A stretch of 64,000 nt of DNA from assembly GCA_964470965.1 (NCBI GenBank), contig CAYYIS010000008.1, positions 30,731-94,730 of the forward strand, given 5' to 3'. The notes below the pieces were generated by a model. That model saw only the letters and a list, made by a program, of their open reading frames with translations. It searched no databases and had not been told where the DNA came from. The stretch is from an uncultured Gemmatimonadota bacterium. Lineage in GTDB: Bacteria > JAAXHH01 > JABIQT01. Shown one piece after another: positions 57,351 through 64,000 of this stretch (its first letter is position 1; each line of letters begins with the position of its first letter). The position numbers and the translations under genes were made by a program.

Positions 57351-59594
57351 ATGCCTGACATGATAAATACGCTACGCTGCTTACTGCGTAACAGACAAGT
57401 CTGGCTCTTCTGTGTGCTGGCAATGACGCAGGGATGCGCCGGAATCACAACGACTACGCCGGGCACAACCTCGAAGCCGGCATCCGTCGATGAATTGGTA
57501 AAAGCCGGCAACGCGCTGGTTTCTGGAGGGAATTACGATGCGGCCATGGCCCAGTACAACCGGGCGCTGGCACAGGACATCGCTTCGGCGGACGCCCACG
57601 GCAATCTCAGCGTGGCGCTTTACTATGTCGGCAGGTACGACGACGCCATCCGGGAAGCGCAACAGGCTATCGTGATGGCACCCACCGAACTCAACTGGCG
57701 TCTTAATCTCGGAGCGGCCTACACCAAGAAAGACGATAACGAACGAGCCATATCGGCCTATGAAGGTGCGGTAAACCTGGCCCGCCGCCTTCGGGACGAG
57801 AACCGCAGCCTGCTCCGAAGCGCCCTGATCGGCTTGGGGCGTGCGTGCGAGGCGGCGGACCTCCATCAGCAGGCGTTGGATGCATACCGCGAAGCGATGG
57901 TTTTTTCCCCGGGGGACCCGGACCTCCTGGCGGGTATCGGCAATATCTACTACCGTCAGGACCGCTATGACGAAGCGGAAGAAGTATACCGGCAGGTGCT
58001 CGATGCCGATCGAGCCAACAGTCTGGCCAACTATAATCTCGGGTTGATATACGCCCGGACCGGCCAGTATGACAAGGCCATCGCCCTGTTTTCGGAGACG
58101 CCAGACCTACCGGAAAACGTGGTAGGCATCATTGAAGGATCGTCCCTGTCAGCCGTGGACCGCAGCCGTTCCGACCGAATCGAAGCGTTTCGTTCCCAGC
58201 TCGGTAAAATGGGCGGCGTGGCGCCCCCCTCCCGTACTGGAAAGCCGCCTCCCTACACATATGCTCTGGGCCTTACCTACTATGACCAGGGCGACAATGA
58301 AGCAGCCATAGATGCTTTTTCAAGAGCGATCGCAGAGGACGGAGAACTGGCGGAGGCGCATCTTTACATTGGCAATATCCGGGTTCGACAGGGCTTGATA
58401 GAACAGGCAATCGCCGCATATGGTGAGGCGATCCGGGTCGATCCGGGACTGGCGCCCGCGTACAATAATATGGGCAGTCTATATGCGGAACAGGGTCAGA
58501 CGGAGTCCGCCATGGACGCCTACAGAAAGGCACTGGACGCGAATCCCAAATTCTACGACGCCCGCAACAACCTGGGCCTCCTTTACGCGGAGGCCGGCAG
58601 GTACGATGAAGCCATAAAGGAATATAAAACCGTCATCAAGGCGGACAGGGGCATCGCGGAGGCACACAACAACCTCAGTATGATCTACCTTAACCAGAAT
58701 AAACTGGAAGAAGCAATAGATCAGAGCAACAAAGCGCTAAAGTTACGGAAGGACTTTCCCGAGGCCCACAACAACCTGGGGCTGGCGTACGGACATCGTG
58801 TATATTTCGATGATCTGGTTGACACCTGGCGTGATAACGCCGGGGCATGGACCGGCGGTCACGTTTCGACGGGATCCGATTGGCTCCTGCTGAGGCGTGT
58901 CCCCGCTAATTCATCGAATGTAGGCGGCCGCGCACGGACGCTCTACGCGGAAGGGGTGGAGAAGGCCGCTCTGGGACTGTTCGATCAGGCGGCCAGTCTG
59001 TTCCGGCAAACGCTTGTGGTAAAGCCCCTCTGGCCAGCAGCACAGCTGGCGCTCGGATCCGCTTACCTGGCGCAGGAAAGCTGGCAGGAAGCGGTTGATG
59101 CCCTGACGGATGCCGTGAGACTGGACGACTCTGACCCCCTGGCCAGCGGGTCCCTTGCCATCGCTCTGATGATGCAGGGTGCCTACACCGGTGCCATCGA
59201 TGCCTGGAAACAGGTGGTGCGGGTTACCGAAGGTGCTGAGAGGGAGTTGACCCGTGAATCCCTCGAGATCGTTCGTGAACGCCAGAAATGGGCCGACGAA
59301 GCGATTAAAGCACTCCAAAGAGCGGTACAACTGGACCCGGAGTTCGCCAAAGCGCACTTTAATCTTGGTATTCTCTACGACCAGATTCACCGTTATCCGG
59401 CAGCGGTTGCCGCCTACGAGCAAGTCGAAGCGCTCTCACCGGATATTCCGGTCATACATTTCCGCCTTGGCGTCGCTTACAGCCGTGTGGGACGCACGCA
59501 GGAAGCGCAGACTTCGATCCAGAAATACATCTCGATGGTTGTGGATCCTATGCTGTTGCCGCAGGTGGAGACGTTCCTGAAGCGAATAAATTGA
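57351..59594 (+). CDS. Large TPR-repeat lipoprotein
   Basis: 747 aa. Signal and lipobox (LAMTQGCAG). More than 15 TPR units (AxxxYxxAL/AxxNLG periodicity) throughout. Confidence 0.7.
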   Translation: MPDMINTLRCLLRNRQVWLFCVLAMTQGCAGITTTTPGTTSKPASVDELVKAGNALVSGGNYDAAMAQYNRALAQDIASADAHGNLSVALYYVGRYDDAIREAQQAIVMAPTELNWRLNLGAAYTKKDDNERAISAYEGAVNLARRLRDENRSLLRSALIGLGRACEAADLHQQALDAYREAMVFSPGDPDLLAGIGNIYYRQDRYDEAEEVYRQVLDADRANSLANYNLGLIYARTGQYDKAIALFSETPDLPENVVGIIEGSSLSAVDRSRSDRIEAFRSQLGKMGGVAPPSRTGKPPPYTYALGLTYYDQGDNEAAIDAFSRAIAEDGELAEAHLYIGNIRVRQGLIEQAIAAYGEAIRVDPGLAPAYNNMGSLYAEQGQTESAMDAYRKALDANPKFYDARNNLGLLYAEAGRYDEAIKEYKTVIKADRGIAEAHNNLSMIYLNQNKLEEAIDQSNKALKLRKDFPEAHNNLGLAYGHRVYFDDLVDTWRDNAGAWTGGHVSTGSDWLLLRRVPANSSNVGGRARTLYAEGVEKAALGLFDQAASLFRQTLVVKPLWPAAQLALGSAYLAQESWQEAVDALTDAVRLDDSDPLASGSLAIALMMQGAYTGAIDAWKQVVRVTEGAERELTRESLEIVRERQKWADEAIKALQRAVQLDPEFAKAHFNLGILYDQIHRYPAAVAAYEQVEALSPDIPVIHFRLGVAYSRVGRTQEAQTSIQKYISMVVDPMLLPQVETFLKRIN

Positions 59595-60048
59595 GAAACC
59601 ACCTGCTCTATCACCAATAGTCTCATGGTACCCTGAAACGCGGCACGCGTTAATCCGGCAAGGCTGGTAGTTTTGAAAGTGTTCCGTTTGCTTGCTGGAG
59701 CGAGGTGCTTACGAACCGGCGCGGATAGATTGTCCGGATTTTCTGCTTGCCCGCAACGCTCCGCATCCGCCGTAACCTCGGCGGGTCCGGTAGTTTTCTC
59801 CGGAAAACCGAAATGGGCGGAAGGATCCGATCGCCTCTGAGAGTTGTTTTTCATAATAAGCTCCACAAGAAATCGCTTACTGAATGCCCAACACGACAAC
59901 AGCCCTGAACCGTGTCTGGCTGTATTAATGGTCGGCAGTCGGTAGTTGGATTTATTCAGTGTGGTGATTAACCGATAAACAAAACGTAGGATTTTGCCTT
60001 GGCCGGATGGGTCCCGTAGCGGACAGTAAGGCAGGAAAGGATTAATGT

Positions 60049-60831
60049 ATGCGTATCTGCGTTATCAATCCGTTTGCAGGCACAGAACATTACGGGCGTG
60101 AAAACCTCGAAACGGTAGCCGCGCCGGGCACCACGTTTGATATGGTTAACATCGCCGACCGGTATCCTTTGACGAACAATCAGTGGCTTTACTTCAAACA
60201 CAGTTGTACCGGTCCGACGATCGACAGGGCGATTCAAGCGGAACGGGAGGGCTATGACGCGGTTCTAATCAGCTGCAACCTTGACATCGGTCTCTACGAG
60301 TGTCGACAGATGTGTACCATACCGATCACCTCCGCTCTGGAGTCCGCCGCGCTGGCGGCGCACATGATGTGCAGGCGCTTCAGCCTTCTCAGCGTGGATG
60401 ACCAGAACGGTCAGATTCAGAAGATGCTCCTGGAGCAGTATCAACTGGCCACCGGCCTGGTGTCGGTCCGCAGTTTCGGCATAGACGCCAACGATCTGTA
60501 CCTGGAACGCACCTGCGCTGATGAAATCACGGAAAAGGTTCTGACGGTGGCCCGACGGTGCCTGGAGCTGGACGGGGCCGAATGCCTGATCGCGGGCTGT
60601 ACCCTGGCAGGTTCCGTTTTGTCGAAGATCTCTCGAGGAAATCCGGAATTTATGCCGGCTCCAATCATCGATGGGATGGTCTATGGTTTAAAGCTGGCCG
60701 AGATGATGGTGTCACTAGGGCGTGCCGGTATGCCGCCGGTCAGCCGCATAGGTGTGTACGAACAACCACCGCTGGAGGATCTGCGGAAGGTGCGCCATTC
60801 TCAGGGGCAGCCAATGCCACTGTGGGCTTAA
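60049..60831 (+). CDS. Asp/Glu/hydantoin racemase-family protein (arylmalonate decarboxylase / maleate isomerase-like)
   Basis: 260 aa. 'DAVLISCNLDIG' and 'AECLIAGCTLAG' paired Cys-containing motifs of this racemase fold. Confidence 0.6.
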   Translation: MRICVINPFAGTEHYGRENLETVAAPGTTFDMVNIADRYPLTNNQWLYFKHSCTGPTIDRAIQAEREGYDAVLISCNLDIGLYECRQMCTIPITSALESAALAAHMMCRRFSLLSVDDQNGQIQKMLLEQYQLATGLVSVRSFGIDANDLYLERTCADEITEKVLTVARRCLELDGAECLIAGCTLAGSVLSKISRGNPEFMPAPIIDGMVYGLKLAEMMVSLGRAGMPPVSRIGVYEQPPLEDLRKVRHSQGQPMPLWA

Positions 60832-60848
60832 CACAGAATTCAAATAGT

Positions 60849-61685
60849 CTATTCCGGCTTCCGTCTATAGAGCTGCCGGCCGTAAGGTCGGGCATCACCG
60901 TCGTACTTTGGGTGCAGTGGCTCCACAAGCGCCCGCGCCCGCGCCGGCCACCCGCCAGACAGCGGCTGTATTTTCGCCACCATCTGTGCCTTGATGGGTT
61001 CAGGAAGGGCGTCGAACCTCGGTTGATACCAGAGCGTGATCACCGTGCGCCTCTCATCGGATGCATTGCCATGTGTGGCGTGAAGCAACCGCGCGTCCCC
61101 AATGAGCAAATCACCGGCTTTCACTGGCACATCGAGTTCATCGGGCCGTTGGGAAAATGCGGGCATCCCTTCATCATACGTCGAAGACAGTTCTTCCGAG
61201 TGAGGTTCATCGATTACATCGTGCAGAGCGTTGTGAAGCCGATGGGACCCAGGAATTACACGAAGACAGCCGTTCTCACGACCGGTGTCGGACAGGTAGT
61301 ACATCAGAAAAACCTGTTGAGGATCGGGATCGTAGGCGGTAGGATCCTGCCACGCAAACCAGTCGTAATGCCAGAACAGCGCCGGGCTGTGAGGCGGCTT
61401 GGATATCACATATCCATCGGTATAAGTGGGATGCTCAAACCCTAGAGCTTTGATTGCGTCCAGCGCAGGTTGCCAGGCTATGAGTTCCGCGAATATCGCG
61501 TCGGCGGACGTCCGCACCATGCTGCCCTGGGTAAGGTTTTGCCCTGGATCTTCCAGGTTCTGAGTTTCCGCCAGACGGGTCGTTACCTCGCTCAGGCGCT
61601 TGACGAACGGTTGGGTCAGAATGTCTTCGAACAGGCAGAATCCGTGTTCTATGAGTTGGGCGTATTTTTCCGATCTATTCTTCAT
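60849..61685 (-). CDS. Phytanoyl-CoA dioxygenase (PhyH) family oxygenase
   Basis: 278 aa. 'FWHYDWF' (HxD), 'GCLRVIPGSH' and 'LLHATHGN'. Confidence 0.7.
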   Translation of the reverse strand: MKNRSEKYAQLIEHGFCLFEDILTQPFVKRLSEVTTRLAETQNLEDPGQNLTQGSMVRTSADAIFAELIAWQPALDAIKALGFEHPTYTDGYVISKPPHSPALFWHYDWFAWQDPTAYDPDPQQVFLMYYLSDTGRENGCLRVIPGSHRLHNALHDVIDEPHSEELSSTYDEGMPAFSQRPDELDVPVKAGDLLIGDARLLHATHGNASDERRTVITLWYQPRFDALPEPIKAQMVAKIQPLSGGWPARARALVEPLHPKYDGDARPYGRQLYRRKPE

Positions 61686-61936
61686 ATTTTTTACGGGAGT
61701 TGTGTCGACAGATACAGACAGGACGATTCCCCAGCCGCCCGCTGTCCGGTCGAGGACCGGTGCGGATACCTGTCAAGACAGGATTTCCGGATTTTCGAAA
61801 GCTTTATGAAAGGGTAGCCGATCCGTCAACCGTATGTCCGGACAGTGTCATGGACATACGATTCGGTCTTAACAGCCCAAAGGGGTCCGCGTCAAAAACG
61901 ATAAGTACCCGGTGATTTGTTCCCAGTGCTGAGCCA

Positions 61937-62893
61937 TTAGCGCATTAACGTCTTCGACTGAGGATTACGCGTTGTTTCTCTCGGCAGCACCACAAATCCC
62001 AGCGAATCAACGGACGCTGAGCCAAAGAGGCCAATGGCGCCGTCCAAGCGGAAAATAGGCCGGTCAAAAGAATCACCGGCCAGTCCGCCGAATCCACCGT
62101 TCTGAAGTTCGGGACTCGACCGGGCGAAGTCGTACCAGTTGTCGTCCATTGCAAACACCTTGAGATGGTGACGACCAGCGAAGGCGATGGCGAACCATGG
62201 GAGGCGCAGTCTGCCATCGGCCACCTCCAGCGGCGGCGAACTGGATTCCCGTTCGAAATCTTCGAAATCCTCCTTCTCCAGAAAGTCTGCAACTATAACA
62301 AAGTCCGATGCGGGATCGAGACTGAAGATACCCACCTGATATGCCTGTACATCCACCCGGTCGAAACGGACTTCCAGAAGAAACTCCTGATATACTACCT
62401 GGTTCTCTGGTGCACCGAATACATCTGGCGGCGTATCCCTGTAGGTCGTCAACCGGTGCACATCATCCAAAGTGGCACCATCCAGAAGCACCACCTCGTC
62501 GATCGAAATTCGATCCGGCGTTGTCGTTGTCGCTCGCGCTTCATTACCGGCATATCGTATGAGAAGTTTGTATTCAGTCTGCGAGGTGATGACCGGAGAA
62601 TCGCCGGGCGGCAGGTAACGTCCCGGTGTCGCACTGTCTTCAGTGTAAGGATATACAGCGGTGCCCTGCGATATGATTACCTCCGCTCCACTCACTGCCG
62701 CCATGCTTTCTGTATACATCCCATTGGGGCTGAGCGTCTGCCGCAAAAACAGGGGCGGCATGGCCTGATCCACGATAAGGGTCGCGTCCACCACGAGAAT
62801 CCCGGACTCATTGGGGCCAAATAATGACGACGGGTCACGCTCGGCCCCACAGGAAAGCGCTATAAAAACAAACAGCAGTCTGAATGGTTGCAT
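61937..62893 (-). CDS. DUF4249-family lipoprotein (partner of a TonB-dependent receptor)
   Basis: 318 aa. Lipoprotein signal (ALSCGAE). Gene order immediately downstream of a TonB-dependent receptor, as is typical for DUF4249. Confidence 0.5.
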   Translation of the reverse strand: MQPFRLLFVFIALSCGAERDPSSLFGPNESGILVVDATLIVDQAMPPLFLRQTLSPNGMYTESMAAVSGAEVIISQGTAVYPYTEDSATPGRYLPPGDSPVITSQTEYKLLIRYAGNEARATTTTPDRISIDEVVLLDGATLDDVHRLTTYRDTPPDVFGAPENQVVYQEFLLEVRFDRVDVQAYQVGIFSLDPASDFVIVADFLEKEDFEDFERESSSPPLEVADGRLRLPWFAIAFAGRHHLKVFAMDDNWYDFARSSPELQNGGFGGLAGDSFDRPIFRLDGAIGLFGSASVDSLGFVVLPRETTRNPQSKTLMR

Positions 62894-62908
62894 GGTCTTT
62901 TTTCCGGT

Positions 62909-64000
62909 TTAAAATTTAAAATTCATGCCCAGTGTCGGTATAACCGGCAACTGCTTCACAACATTCGGTTTCGTGTTTAAATTCTGTGTGTCGTACTGTA
63001 TGAACCATTCGTTGCGGCGGCTGTACACATTGAAAACCTGCAGGTACCACTGTGCGTTCTGCCCAAACACGCTGAAGTCTCTGGTAATGCTCAGATCCAG
63101 CCGATGGTAGGGTAACAGGCGCGCACTGTTGCGGGCAGCAGGCAGCACGAAGTCGTCGTCCGGCAATATACCGGTTGCCGGGGATCGCAGCGAATACCGG
63201 GCAGACGCCGGGGTGAATGCCTGTCCGGTGGCATAGACGAAATTCGAGCCTAACGTCCAATCGCCGGTCTTGAACTTGCCCACCAGGGACAGATCATGTC
63301 GGCGATCGTATTTGGGCGGAAATGCCTGGCCCCGGTTCAGTTCGGTGAAGGTCCTCCGAGTCCATCCAAGCGTATAGCCGATCCATCCGGTAAGCGCGCC
63401 CGTCCGGCGATTCAGGAACAGTTCCACACCGGTGGCATAGCCGCTGCCTCCGGTCTTGAAAACATCGTTCGATTGGCTGCTCTCTCCATCGGCCGACTGG
63501 TTGTTGTCAAGGACAACCAGGTTGTTTAACCGTGTAAAATAACCTTCGATCGACAGCTGATACCGCTCCGACGGCTCCCACTCGAATCCCGTGACCGTCT
63601 GCCATGAAAATCCCGGCGTAACGGTACTATCCAGGGGCACCCAGAAATCACCACCACTGAACCCTTCCGTGGTAATGAGCTGGAGGTACTGGTGATACAG
63701 GCCGCCTCCTGTTTTAAATCGCACCGTAGGAGTCACGAGATGGCTGACGGACAATCTGGGTTCGATATCAAGACGGCTCTGCTCACTGAAGTAATTACCG
63801 CGGATTCCCAGGCGGACGGTCGTATTATCCAAGGCCTGCCACTGATCCTGTCCGTATAGAGAAAGTAGATAAGGATTCAGTTTCAGATTGAGCTGATCCC
63901 GCTGATTGAACGATTGTCTAAAGTTGAAATCGTACCGGGTGGCCAGGAATCCTGCCCTGATACTGTGGTCGCTGCTAGCGAAGAAATCCAGGTCGCCTTT
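62909..64000 (-). CDS. TonB-dependent outer-membrane receptor, C-terminal beta-barrel portion; 5' end outside the window
   Basis: The reading frame stays open to the window edge. Beta-strand-rich sequence with alternating aromatic residues and a C-terminal '...NFKF' Phe terminus characteristic of OM beta-barrels. Confidence 0.7.
   Translation of the reverse strand, partial: KGDLDFFASSDHSIRAGFLATRYDFNFRQSFNQRDQLNLKLNPYLLSLYGQDQWQALDNTTVRLGIRGNYFSEQSRLDIEPRLSVSHLVTPTVRFKTGGGLYHQYLQLITTEGFSGGDFWVPLDSTVTPGFSWQTVTGFEWEPSERYQLSIEGYFTRLNNLVVLDNNQSADGESSQSNDVFKTGGSGYATGVELFLNRRTGALTGWIGYTLGWTRRTFTELNRGQAFPPKYDRRHDLSLVGKFKTGDWTLGSNFVYATGQAFTPASARYSLRSPATGILPDDDFVLPAARNSARLLPYHRLDLSITRDFSVFGQNAQWYLQVFNVYSRRNEWFIQYDTQNLNTKPNVVKQLPVIPTLGMNFKF

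Noticed and set aside
1-64000. In-frame TGA readthrough in other genes (additional selenoproteins)
   Set aside because: I looked for same-frame ORF pairs split by a TGA in redox-type genes and saw none besides the Spx/ArsC locus.
1-64000. CRISPR arrays, tRNA/rRNA genes, IS elements or integrases
   Set aside because: No regularly spaced direct repeats, no cloverleaf-like candidates in the intergenic regions, and no transposase/integrase-like translations were seen.

Overview
A gene-dense (~90% coding) 64-kb stretch of a bacterial chromosome, moderately GC-rich, probably from an FCB-group-like marine or soil heterotroph. The lineage guess rests on the TonB-dependent receptor + DUF4249 pair, the alpha-L-fucosidase and a BNR sialidase-like hydrolase. 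All calls below come from reading the six-frame translations; no database search was possible.

Content, start to end: a cell-envelope/housekeeping block (TPR/YbgF-like fragment, mpl, DUF429, amidase, S9 peptidase, PQQ sugar dehydrogenase, DAACS symporter, Tam-like methyltransferase, beta-lactamase-family hydrolase, fucosidase, MscS, orphan clpS). Then a Rieske / cytochrome b / pentahaem cytochrome c operon next to an 886-aa LmbE(PIG-L)-family deacetylase. Then a long minus-strand catabolic gene string (3 Gfo/Idh/MocA, xylose-isomerase-like TIM barrel, PmoA-like DUF, mannonate dehydratase, M20 peptidase, FAH, PhyH, TauD, BNR hydrolase, esterase). Then an ALDH7-like dehydrogenase translationally coupled to a 648-aa membrane protein of unknown function, a thiT / TPP-dependent E1 alpha-beta operon, a B12-domain-less methylmalonyl-CoA mutase large subunit followed by etfB / PLP Cys-Met enzyme / etfA, recA, a 747-aa TPR lipoprotein, and a partial TonB-dependent receptor running off the window end.

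Most notable: (1) an Spx/ArsC-family gene whose catalytic CxxC cysteine codon is an in-frame TGA (giving UxxC), with a bSECIS-like hairpin 10 nt downstream; this points to a selenoprotein. (2) A decayed beta-carbonic-anhydrase pseudogene. (3) etfB and etfA split by a PLP enzyme. (4) The ALDH-coupled orphan membrane protein.

No CRISPR arrays, rRNA, tRNA or transposase/integrase genes were recognised.
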